A stretch of 64,000 nt of DNA from Pelagomonas calceolata. Taxonomy: Eukaryota. The position numbers and the translations under genes were made by a program. Where the stretch lies: assembly GCA_918797485.1 (NCBI GenBank), contig CAKKNE010000005.1, positions 496,001-560,000 on the forward strand, given 5' to 3'. This document shows, in pieces, positions 37,891 through 46,868 of the stretch. Below the pieces are notes generated by a model. The model was not told the DNA's origin, ran no database searches, and saw only the letters and a program-made list of their open reading frames with translations. Numbering within the stretch: position 1 is the stretch's first letter; the number at the start of each line of letters is the position of its first letter.

Positions 37891-39795
37891 ATGCAGTGGG
37901 AGACCGAGGCGCCAACGATGATGGCGGAACCAGAGCCAGCGATGATGGCGGAAGAAGAGCCAGTGATGATGGAATCAGAACCAATGATGGAAGCAGAGCA
38001 GGCGCCGTCGTCGCTGGCGGCGGAGCCGGAGGCGCCGGTCTTCGGCGAAGAGATGGTGGAGGCCACGGCGGAAGAGCCTTACGGCGAGGTCCCGGAGGAG
38101 ACGAGCGCTGTGGAGGGCGTGGTGGTGGAGGGCGTGGCGGCGGAGGAACCTCAAGCCGAGGTGCTGGGGGAGACGGGCAGGTCACGAACCACGGAGGGCG
38201 AAGCCATGCTGGCCGTCGGCCACGCCGCCTACGCGCGCAAGCAATGGCCCGCGGCCATGAAGGCGTTCCAGCAGTCGGCGGAGGCCGGCAACGCGGAGGG
38301 CGCCTGGGAGCTGTCGCTCATGCACGCCCATGGCAAGACCGGCGTCGTGGACAAGGACCAGGCGCGCGAGTGGCTGAAGATCGCGGCCGACGGCGGCGCG
38401 GTAAAGGCGCAGATGTTCCTCGCGCAGATGTCGGCGTTCGGACGGGGCGGCTACGAGAAGGACGAGTCGGTGGCGTTCGAGTACTTGACGCGCGCCGCGG
38501 ACCAGGGCAACGCCCACGCGACGCACCAAGTGGGCGTGCGGTATTTGCACGCCGTCGGCGTCGAGCAGGACCTGGACAAGGCGATCGAGCATCTCGAAAA
38601 GGCCATCGAGCGCGGCTCGAAGGACGCCGTGAAAGATCTCAAGATCGCGCAGAAGAAGAAGAAAAAGGAGGTGACGGCCGGACTGGCAGAGGAACAGCGC
38701 GCCGCAATTGCTGCGTTCAAAAGGATAGATGCCAACGGGGACGGCGAGCTGACTGCCGAGGAGATCTACCGGGCGCTCTCGAAGAAAAATGCGGACGTGA
38801 CCCTCGAGCGCGTGCAGGAGATCATGGCGAAGGCCGATAAAGATCAAAATGGCACGATCAGTCAGGAGGAGTACCTGGACGCCGTCGCCGCCATGGGACC
38901 TGGATGGATTGGCTCTTGGCTCGGAAAAATAGCCGCGCGAGTCACCGCGGCGTTCAGCGGAGAGGCAATGCCGGAGGCAGCGGAGACGGTGAAGTGTCTG
39001 ACAAACGAAGAACTGCGAGTCTGGGTGAACCGCTGGTGCAGCGGCGACCGCAGTTTGCCGCCCATCTCGACGTGGAATACAAGTAAGGTCACGGACATGA
39101 GCGAGCTATTCATGAGGCAGAAGGGTTTCAACGACGACATCAGCGCGTGGGATACCTCTAGCGTTACGACGATGAGGTTGATGTGCAGCGGCGCCTCGTC
39201 GTTCAACCAACCGCTGAACGACTGGCGGGTCGACAACGTCACGGATATGTGCCAAATGTTCCGCGACGCCAAGTCGTTCAATCACCGGCTAAACGACTGG
39301 CGGGTCCACAAGGTCACGAATATGAGCTGGATGTTCAGCGGCGCCTCGTCGTTCAACCAGCCGCTGAGCGACTGGCGCGTCGACAATGTCACGAATATGC
39401 AAGGGATGTTCTACGGCGCCTCGTCGTTCGACCACCCGCTAAACGACTGGCGGGTCGACAACGTCACGAATATGAGCAATATGTTCCTCTGGGCCAAGTC
39501 GTTCAACCACCCGATCGGCGCATGGCGGGTCGACAAAGTCACGAGTATGCGTGCGATGTTCAACGGCGCCTTTGCGTTCAACCAGCCGCTGAACGACTGG
39601 CGGGTCGACAAGGTCACGGACATGTGCGGGATATTCATGGCCGCCAAGGCGTTCAACCAGCCGCTGGGCAACTGGCGCGTCGATAACGCCACGAATGTGG
39701 ACAATATGTTCGAGGACTCGGCCTTCAGCCACTGGGAGGACCTCGGTGACCCGAAACTTAGGTCACAGAAGCCATCATGCTGCGCCGTCTCGTGA
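37891..39795 (+). CDS. Sel1/TPR + EF-hand pair + DUF285 (BspA-like) repeat protein with a CaaX end
   Basis: Sel1 motifs (QSAEAGNAEG, RAADQGNAHA). EF-hands DANGDGELTAEE and DKDQNGTISQEE. About nine 25-aa FNQPLNDWRVDNVTNM repeats. Ends CCAVS. Confidence 0.88.
   Translation: MQWETEAPTMMAEPEPAMMAEEEPVMMESEPMMEAEQAPSSLAAEPEAPVFGEEMVEATAEEPYGEVPEETSAVEGVVVEGVAAEEPQAEVLGETGRSRTTEGEAMLAVGHAAYARKQWPAAMKAFQQSAEAGNAEGAWELSLMHAHGKTGVVDKDQAREWLKIAADGGAVKAQMFLAQMSAFGRGGYEKDESVAFEYLTRAADQGNAHATHQVGVRYLHAVGVEQDLDKAIEHLEKAIERGSKDAVKDLKIAQKKKKKEVTAGLAEEQRAAIAAFKRIDANGDGELTAEEIYRALSKKNADVTLERVQEIMAKADKDQNGTISQEEYLDAVAAMGPGWIGSWLGKIAARVTAAFSGEAMPEAAETVKCLTNEELRVWVNRWCSGDRSLPPISTWNTSKVTDMSELFMRQKGFNDDISAWDTSSVTTMRLMCSGASSFNQPLNDWRVDNVTDMCQMFRDAKSFNHRLNDWRVHKVTNMSWMFSGASSFNQPLSDWRVDNVTNMQGMFYGASSFDHPLNDWRVDNVTNMSNMFLWAKSFNHPIGAWRVDKVTSMRAMFNGAFAFNQPLNDWRVDKVTDMCGIFMAAKAFNQPLGNWRVDNATNVDNMFEDSAFSHWEDLGDPKLRSQKPSCCAVS
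39061..39726 (+). repeat. 75-bp coding tandem repeats (DUF285), ~9 units
   Basis: Recurrent gactggcgggtcgacaa at 75-bp spacing. Confidence 0.9.
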
Positions 39796-39841
39796 AAGTA
39801 ATACCTAGTACTATACACGCCATCGACGAAATACAGCTTAG

Positions 39842-40627
39842 TCAGGGCGACGCCCCCTCGACCGGCGTGTCCGGCGGCGCCATGCCCTGGCCCGACTCCT
39901 TGCGCTTGCGCTTTTTGCTGTGCGCTTTCGCGCCCTTCTGCACGGGCGCGCGCCGCCGCCCGGCGAGCGCGTCGGCGGGCCGCGCGAAGGCGTCGTCCAC
40001 GACGAGCTCGAAGATATCGGAGCCGTCGACGCGCGCTAATACGAGGTGCTTCCGCACGTCCGCGGCCAGTCTAGCTACCGTCTTCGCGATCCACCACTGC
40101 GTCGGCTGCGCCGCGTCCAAGACCACAACGGCGTGCTCGGCGTGGAACTCGTCGGGCGGGCCCCGGTACAGGATGTAGTCGGCGCCGAACTGAAAACCCG
40201 GCTTCACGACCCAGCCTTTGTTTCGGTAGAACTCGTAGACCAATGATAATCGAGCGAAGGCCTCGTCGCCCTCGTAGCGCTGTCTCAGTTCCTCGTATGA
40301 GACCTCTCGTTCATCGTCGTAGACCGTCAACAGATTTCTTTCCGTCAAGTACAGCGTCTCCTCTGGAGATAACACAAGTTCGGCCCAGTGCCGCTGCGCC
40401 TCGGCGCCGCCCACGCCCCGTACTCGTCCAAAGCACCGTCCCTGGCCGTGCAAGGCTAAAATTTCGCCGCGGTCTCGCGTCATGCACGACGCCCCGTCGC
40501 CAATCAAGTACGCGGTCGGGTGCTCGGCGAGCGGCGGTACCGGTGATTCGGGGCGCGGCGTCGCCGCGGGCGCCGGTGCGGGCGTGTCCTCTTCTTCTTC
40601 TTGGGGCTGGCTTTGCGATGCACCCAT
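39842..40627 (-). CDS. TSEN2: tRNA-splicing endonuclease subunit (Sen2-like)
   Basis: LVLSPEETLYL and VYEFYRNKGWVVKPGFQFGADYILYRGPP..FHA, followed by VRKHL (Tyr-His-Lys triad). Confidence 0.85.
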   Translation of the reverse strand: MGASQSQPQEEEEDTPAPAPAATPRPESPVPPLAEHPTAYLIGDGASCMTRDRGEILALHGQGRCFGRVRGVGGAEAQRHWAELVLSPEETLYLTERNLLTVYDDEREVSYEELRQRYEGDEAFARLSLVYEFYRNKGWVVKPGFQFGADYILYRGPPDEFHAEHAVVVLDAAQPTQWWIAKTVARLAADVRKHLVLARVDGSDIFELVVDDAFARPADALAGRRRAPVQKGAKAHSKKRKRKESGQGMAPPDTPVEGASP

Positions 40628-40790
40628 GGTGTCGCGGCGACGGCCTTTGGAGGTGCGGTTCCCCGGCGCGGCCTGCCACGACAGTTGGCGGACGTGTGTA
40701 GGGCGTGAAGAGGTACTGCGCGCAGCAGTGGCACTCTCCCAGCGGTTGGTTTACGCGTTTACGGGCACGTTCAATCGCTTTGTGAGAGCT

Positions 40791-40814
40791 GCTAGTGCCT
40801 TACAGGACGCTAGC
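40791..40814 (+). promoter_or_regulatory. Recurrent 24-bp upstream motif
   Basis: gctagtgccttacaggacgctagc, between the divergent SEN2 and lipase genes. Confidence 0.7.
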
Positions 40815-41024
40815 CCTTAGTTTCCAAAAATTGCCGCGCGTCGTCTTTCACGCATAGTCGTGGGCTCTAGCTGTCTCTCGCGTATTCAAAAAGTCATTTG
40901 GACACGCAAAGCGCTAGTACGAGTTGCCTCCGAGGCCGCCGACGCGCCGGCACCAGCATAAGCACCCAAAGCAGCACACCTCTTGCCAGACGCGCGCCGC
41001 ACCAGCATAGGCACAAGCAGCACA

Positions 41025-42038
41025 ATGTCCCTCCGCTTCGCCACGCGCCTCGCCAGCAAGCTCACGGCCGAGCGCACGCCCGCGAACTCGTTACGAGCGG
41101 CCCTCTGGTCGGCGGCCGCGGGCCTCGCGTTATTGATAAGCGCGTCCGTCGTAAAAACGCTCAAACGAATCACGGACGACCACCACGACCCCGTCAAGGG
41201 CGACGGCCGAGCGCACCCGTTGTTTCGAGAATATGTAACGAACGCACAAGGCTTGAGGCTCTTCACGCGGGCGTGGCGAGCACAAAAACCGAAAGCTCTC
41301 GTATTGATAGTGCACGGCTTCGCGGAGCATTCGGGACGGTATACGGCGCTCGCGGAGGCTCTACGAAGTGCGGGGTATGACGTCGGTGCCTTAGATCTGC
41401 AGGGTCATGGGAGAAGCGAGGGCACGCGCGTGCATGTGAGACGGTTCTCGGATTACGTCGCTGATGTCGAGGTCGCGGCTAGATATCTCAAACGAAAACC
41501 TGAACAAAAATTGATCTTGCTGGGGCATTCGATGGGCGGTTTAGTGTCCATACACGCGGCGGCATCCAATCAACTTACTGGTGTGATTCTGTCGGCGCCG
41601 GCAGTGGAGCCGGACCCGGAGTTGGCCACGCCCCTGCTCAAGGCCGCGTGCCGTATTTTGGGTAGGTTCCTGCCCAAGGCTCCCATCGAAGAAATAAAAG
41701 CAGCAGCTTTATCAAGAGACCTCGCCGTCGTAGACATGTACGAGAATGATCCTCTCGTCTTCCACGGCCACTGCTTGGCGCGGTGGGGCGCGGAGATGCT
41801 GAACGCGATGGACGCGTCGATGGGCAAGGCGTCAAAGGCGACGGCGCCGTTATTGGCCATCCACGGGTCCGAGGACCGCGTCGTGGGCATCGAGGGGACC
41901 CGCTCGGTCCTGGCGACCTGGGGCGGTCCTACTGCTGTCGAAATTGTGGAGGGGGCGTACCACGAGACGTTCAACGAATTGGAGCGGGAGGCGCTCTACG
42001 CGCGGGTTTCAAAATGGCTCGACGGCGTCGTGTCGTGA
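41025..42038 (+). CDS. Monoacylglycerol lipase / lysophospholipase (Hydrolase_4)
   Basis: IVHGFAEHSGRY, DLQGHGRSEG, GHSMGG, HGSED, YHE. Confidence 0.92.
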   Translation: MSLRFATRLASKLTAERTPANSLRAALWSAAAGLALLISASVVKTLKRITDDHHDPVKGDGRAHPLFREYVTNAQGLRLFTRAWRAQKPKALVLIVHGFAEHSGRYTALAEALRSAGYDVGALDLQGHGRSEGTRVHVRRFSDYVADVEVAARYLKRKPEQKLILLGHSMGGLVSIHAAASNQLTGVILSAPAVEPDPELATPLLKAACRILGRFLPKAPIEEIKAAALSRDLAVVDMYENDPLVFHGHCLARWGAEMLNAMDASMGKASKATAPLLAIHGSEDRVVGIEGTRSVLATWGGPTAVEIVEGAYHETFNELEREALYARVSKWLDGVVS

Positions 42039-42103
42039 GCTGTATTTTTAACTTGAGTTTGCACATGACTGCTACGTCCCTCTGGGCGCGTCGGCGGCGT
42101 TTT

Positions 42104-42126
42104 GCTAGTGCCTTACAGGATGTAGC
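42104..42126 (+). promoter_or_regulatory. Recurrent upstream motif (variant)
   Basis: gctagtgccttacaggatgtagc, upstream of the BTB gene. Confidence 0.6.
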
Positions 42127-42363
42127 TGCGCATGCTCTCCGAGAGTGGCCTGCTCCACATCGCGGCCACGGCGGCGAATAATATTTTAAGGGGTGCTGTC
42201 GGGCTGCAGTCGTCTAAGGTCGATTGCTGTGCGCCACTTTGTTGCATCCTTAAGCACGCCGCAACAAGCTCTCCCAGGTGCTGACCCTCTTGCAACTCGG
42301 ACGCCGCAGCAGCGTGCGATCGGGTTTCACAGCGCACAGCACCGCACGCAAGCAAAATCAACG

Positions 42364-43140
42364 ATGGACGACGGCCGCGTCACGCTGAATGCCGGCGGCC
42401 GCATCTTCGAAACGACGGCATTAACGCTCAAAACGAGCGGCGCGGGCTATTTCGAGGCGCTGCTCGGCGAGACTGGCGCCAGGCTGCCGGGCAGCAAGAA
42501 GCGCGCGCGCGTCTCGGAAGACGGCGACGACGCGCCGGGCCACCGCGAGATATTTATAGATCGCGACCCGGACGTGTTTGCCGACGTGCTGCGCTACATG
42601 CGGTCGGATCGCTTACCGGCCGCGGCCGCGGCGGACGTTCACCGCCTCGCGGACCTCAAGACCGAGGCCGAGTTCCTCGCTTATGACGCGTTGCTCAACG
42701 CCTGCGACGCGGCAGAGGCGGCGTTGGCCGCGGCGGCCGCGTTGGCGGCGCCAGTGCCCAGCAAGGAGTCCGCGGAGATGAGGAATTTTTACGTCGACGG
42801 CAGGGAAGATACTGACGAAAACGGCTGGGGTCAGCAGGTGCGGATCAGAATCCCAAAGGGCCAAGTTCTATATATTCAACACGTTTTGCCTTTGCCGGTC
42901 AATAACGACGAGCAGTGGCTGCTCAGGGCCACCACCTTCGGACCTTCAGGGCACAAAACTACAATCATCGCGCAATACCTCATCAAAAATATAGGCGGCT
43001 TGAAAGAATTCCTGCAGCGGGATATGAGGCTCGTGCTCGACGGCGGAGAAAGCGAAGAGCTCGTCCTCGACGCCAACGGGGTCGAGTGGGCCGTTCAAGC
43101 CTGGCTCGGCCACCCGGCCAAGATCCCCGGCCTCGCGTAG
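42364..43140 (+). CDS. BTB/POZ (KCTD-type) protein
   Basis: VTLNAGGRIFETT..TL, IFIDRDPDVFADVLRYMR, EAEFL. Confidence 0.88.
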   Translation: MDDGRVTLNAGGRIFETTALTLKTSGAGYFEALLGETGARLPGSKKRARVSEDGDDAPGHREIFIDRDPDVFADVLRYMRSDRLPAAAAADVHRLADLKTEAEFLAYDALLNACDAAEAALAAAAALAAPVPSKESAEMRNFYVDGREDTDENGWGQQVRIRIPKGQVLYIQHVLPLPVNNDEQWLLRATTFGPSGHKTTIIAQYLIKNIGGLKEFLQRDMRLVLDGGESEELVLDANGVEWAVQAWLGHPAKIPGLA

Positions 43141-43176
43141 AGCCTGTGATACCGTAACTAAGCACTTGTGACATTA

Positions 43177-43995
43177 TTAACTAAGCGCCCCGTCGACGGC
43201 GTCAGGCAGCTCCGCAAGCCCCCCAATCGTGCGGTCCACGGCGACCGCCACGTCGACGGCCTCCGCGGCGAGCCGCCGCTTCTCGCGGTCCGCGGCGGAC
43301 ATCGTCGAGTAGGCGTTCTCCGCCCAGGACGGCGCCGCCGCGTCGAGCCAGACGGTGCGCGCGCCGCACGATTTCGCGGCACTACAATCGTTCAAAACGT
43401 CGTCGCCGAGGTGCACCCAGCCGTCCGGACCGCAATGCGCCCTTTCTAGGGCGGCCTCGTAGATGCGCGGCGCCGGCTTGCGTTGGGGATGCACGTCCGC
43501 GTCCTCGCCCGAGACGCAGAAATCAAAATAGGGCGCGAGCGACGGAATCCGCCGCGGGTCGCCGCGGCCGTTCGTGACCGCGCCTATCCTTGCGTCCGGG
43601 TGCCGCCGTCGCACCTCGGCCAAAGATGTTGCCGCGTCCGGGAACAACAGGTCCTCCGACGCTTGTTGCCGCGCGTCGAGCCACAACTGGAACAGCTCTT
43701 CGGCAGTGCCGTGGTCGCCGCCCAGTAGTTCACTAATGGCACTAGTGCGCGCTTCCGTGTACGACATTTGCACGCCGGCGGCGCGCCGCAGCCGCTTCAT
43801 TGTTTCGCCCAGTAGTGATGAGTCGGCGCCGCGCGCCTCCAGCGCGGTAGAAAGAGCTGTATTCGCGGCGGCGACGACCTCGGCCGTGGGCCAAAACGTG
43901 TCGTCGAGGTCGCACGTGAGGAGTCGTAAATGCGGCGGCGGCGCGAGGGCTTGGGCGCTTGCGACGAGCAGCAGTGGTGCGAGGAGGCGGCACAT
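43177..43995 (-). CDS. HAD-superfamily hydrolase (YigB/HDHD-like) with a signal peptide
   Basis: DLDDTFW, VTNG, RKP and HLGDDVLND. Confidence 0.9.
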   Translation of the reverse strand: MCRLLAPLLLVASAQALAPPPHLRLLTCDLDDTFWPTAEVVAAANTALSTALEARGADSSLLGETMKRLRRAAGVQMSYTEARTSAISELLGGDHGTAEELFQLWLDARQQASEDLLFPDAATSLAEVRRRHPDARIGAVTNGRGDPRRIPSLAPYFDFCVSGEDADVHPQRKPAPRIYEAALERAHCGPDGWVHLGDDVLNDCSAAKSCGARTVWLDAAAPSWAENAYSTMSAADREKRRLAAEAVDVAVAVDRTIGGLAELPDAVDGALS

Positions 43996-44251
43996 CTATG
44001 CGTGATTGAGTGATGCAGCGAGTCGGCGGCGGGCAGTGGTGCAGCTTTAGGCAGTGTGCAGCTGTGCCACACTGCCAGTTTCGATCGCTGCGCTCGAGGC
44101 GGTCGATGGCGAGCGAAAACTAATGCAAATGGCTCACAAAGCGTTGCCGTGCGTGCACAGGGAGCAAATTTTAGCTGCAATAATGCAGCTTGGCTTGTTT
44201 ACTAGAGCCTTGCCGCACTAGCCAAAGAACGAGTCATCACACAAGCTTACA

Positions 44252-44845
44252 CTATGATGGCGGTCGCCAGACCGCGGGCGGCGCCTCCTCGTCATCGCCC
44301 TCGTCCGGAACGCTCCCGCCGCCGCAGCCGCCGCCGAAGCCCCCGGACGTCGCCTTCAGCGAGGGAGGCGCGGCCTGCTCGTCCAGCCTCGCACGCATGG
44401 CGGCCAGGCGCGAGCCGCCCGCGGCCAGCACCTCGGAAGATTTCACTTCCGCCCTGGCGTCGGCCGCGTGCCGCAGCGCCGTTGTGCCGTCGTCGGCGCA
44501 GAACGGGCACGGCGCTTCCGATGTTTTCGACGTTGAACCGCCGCGGCAGCCGCAGGCCTCCGCCGCCGCTTTTAACGCGGACGCTGTCCACACTCGTCCA
44601 CCAGTGGTCGGCTCGACGTACTGCGGAATTCGTCGCGACACCGCGGCCTCGTGCAGCCTCGCGCGCACGGTTTCGATAGACATGCGCCGCCGGTCGGCCT
44701 CGTTGATCTTCAGATCGCGAAGAATTACAGGTCTTTCTGGCGCGTTCGATGCGGCTCGGAGCGCTGCGACCGGCAGCAGCGCTGGCTGCACAGATCGTAG
44801 CGCTGGCTGTGCAGCGCGTACGGCTCGCATTACTGGGACAAACAT
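44252..44845 (-). CDS. Hypothetical protein
   Basis: ATG-initiated 197-aa ORF with a leader-like N-terminus, lying downstream of the promoter motif at 44946. Confidence 0.5.
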   Translation of the reverse strand: MFVPVMRAVRAAQPALRSVQPALLPVAALRAASNAPERPVILRDLKINEADRRRMSIETVRARLHEAAVSRRIPQYVEPTTGGRVWTASALKAAAEACGCRGGSTSKTSEAPCPFCADDGTTALRHAADARAEVKSSEVLAAGGSRLAAMRARLDEQAAPPSLKATSGGFGGGCGGGSVPDEGDDEEAPPAVWRPPS

Positions 44846-44945
44846 TCTTCACAGTAGCGCATGCATCATAGAAACCAGAAACTCAACACGGATCGTGCTG
44901 TAGACAGTGGAAACAGGGCGAGCAAAGCTGTGACAAGAAAGCGCT

Positions 44946-44969
44946 GCTAGCGGCTTGTAAGACACTAGC
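44946..44969 (-). promoter_or_regulatory. Recurrent 24-bp upstream motif
   Basis: gctagcggcttgtaagacactagc, between a divergent hypothetical gene and the CDK. Confidence 0.7.
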
Positions 44970-45186
44970 AAGCAGCGGCAACGAACCGTCCGCGAGCAGG
45001 CATCGCCGGGACCGAGGAGACATCCCTCGCGCGACAAACAGGAGGCGCGCGTGCCAATTCGAACCTTTCTCTCTGCGTGGCACCTTCTCGATCGCACTCA
45101 CTGCAAATTGAGGGGGAGCGCGGCCCCGGGGCAGCCCGCAAACCACCAAGAAGCAGCGCACGCGACGTCCTTTGACCACCGGGTGC

Positions 45187-46761
45187 ATGGCCGAGGCCGC
45201 GGAGGCCCCGGTGGACGGGCAGAGCGGCGAACATGGGGGCTGGGACGAGCTCCTGGCCCGGGTCCTCCTGTACGAGCTGGCCGCGGACGTCGCGGCAGAG
45301 GAGCTGGCTGCGGCCCGGGGGGAGATCCTATCTATGAGCAGCGACGACGACGCGGCGCCCGCCGGGCGGAGCGAAGACGAGGCAGCCTGGGAAGAGCTCC
45401 TGGACGAGCTAGCCGCGGAGGTCGCGGCAGAGCCCTTTCGCGCGGCGGTCGCAAAGGCGCTCGAGGGCACGTTCTCCGCGGCGCGGGCGAGGCTGCGCCG
45501 CGAAGCACTCCTCGCGGGCCGGTTCGAGCGGATCGAGTCCATCGGCGCCGGCGTCTACGGCACGGTGTACAAGGTCCGCGACGAGGCGACGAACGACATC
45601 CTCGCCCTGAAGCGGATGCGCGTCGCCGAGGACGACGAGGAAGGCGTGCCGGTCGCGGCGCTGCGCGAGGTCTCGCTGCTCAAGAATCTCGCGCATCCAA
45701 ACGTCGTGCCGCTGCGCGAGGCCCTCTTCGTCCACGACCGCATCTACCTCCTGATGGAATTGTTGGATTGCAACCTCCGCGAGTACATCTGCGACCACGG
45801 GCCTCTGAACCACCAGACCTGCGCCAACTTCACGGCGCAGATCCTCGCGGGCGTCGCGCACCTCCACGAGCGGCGCATCCTGCATCGCGACCTCAAGCCC
45901 CAGAACATCCTGGTGCGGCGCGCGATCGACCGTCGGACGCTCAAGATCTCGGACTTCGGCCTCTCGCGCGCGTTCGGCCGGCCGCGCGCGCACACGCGCG
46001 AGGTGGTGACGCTGTGGTATAGAGCACCGGAGATATTGTTGGGAGCGGAAGACTACTCGACGCCGGTCGACGTCTGGAGCGTCGGCTGCATCCTGGCCGA
46101 GATGGCCGCGCCCCTGACCGTGCACGGCGCGCCGACGCCGCTGTTCCCCGGCGATTCGGAAATTGACCAGCTGTACAAGATCTTCCGGGTCCGGGGAACG
46201 CCCTCCGATTATGATTGGCCTGGAGTCTCGCGGCTGCCGCACTACTCGCCGGTGTTTCCGAATTGGCCCGCGCTGCGCCTCGAGCGCGTGGTGGGACGCA
46301 TTGTCGTCCAGGATCACGCGGGCGTTGTGGGAGGCGTGTCGCCGGCGCTGGCCGGACCGGCCACAGACTTTCTGGAGCGCTGCCTCGCGTACGAACCGAG
46401 CGCGCGCATCACCGCCCGCGAGGCGCTTGTGCATACCTTTATTGATCCCCATGCCGCGGACCGCGCCGCGGCGGCGACGGCGGCCCTCGCCGCGGACCGC
46501 GCCGCCGCCGCGGAAGCCGCCCGCGCCGCGGCCGAGGCCCTCGTCGACGTGAACTGCGACCCCACCAAGTTCGGCGGCTTCCATTCGGCGTTCACGAGCC
46601 CCGCGCGCCTCAAGCGGGCGCGGCTCGTCACGCCGCCCAACGGCTTCCCCGCCAGGCTGGAGCCATGTGGTACGCACGCCGTCTCAACGCCTGGGCGCGT
46701 GTCTCCTCTCCTTCAGGGGATGGAAGCGCTCTACACGGCGGCGGACATGGCCGAGGACTAG
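45187..46761 (+). CDS. Cyclin-dependent kinase, divergent CDK1/2-like (PVAALRE) with N- and C-terminal extensions
   Basis: IGAGVYGTVYK, EEGVPVAALREVSLLK, HRDLKPQN, DFGLSR, EVVTLWYRAPE and GDSEIDQL. Confidence 0.92.
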   Translation: MAEAAEAPVDGQSGEHGGWDELLARVLLYELAADVAAEELAAARGEILSMSSDDDAAPAGRSEDEAAWEELLDELAAEVAAEPFRAAVAKALEGTFSAARARLRREALLAGRFERIESIGAGVYGTVYKVRDEATNDILALKRMRVAEDDEEGVPVAALREVSLLKNLAHPNVVPLREALFVHDRIYLLMELLDCNLREYICDHGPLNHQTCANFTAQILAGVAHLHERRILHRDLKPQNILVRRAIDRRTLKISDFGLSRAFGRPRAHTREVVTLWYRAPEILLGAEDYSTPVDVWSVGCILAEMAAPLTVHGAPTPLFPGDSEIDQLYKIFRVRGTPSDYDWPGVSRLPHYSPVFPNWPALRLERVVGRIVVQDHAGVVGGVSPALAGPATDFLERCLAYEPSARITAREALVHTFIDPHAADRAAAATAALAADRAAAAEAARAAAEALVDVNCDPTKFGGFHSAFTSPARLKRARLVTPPNGFPARLEPCGTHAVSTPGRVSPLLQGMEALYTAADMAED

Positions 46762-46868
46762 GTCGCGACGACTCCCTTCTGGCGCGCCCCCAAGTCGAGG
46801 ACAACAAGTCACGACACCCTTATCCTTATCCTAACCTTATTGTATGCTTACATCAACTTAATCGGGCA

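Noticed and set aside
46815..46842. Telomere-like repeat ccttatccttatcctaaccttat
   Set aside because: Only about four imperfect hexamers in a convergent 3' region, consistent with a simple microsatellite.
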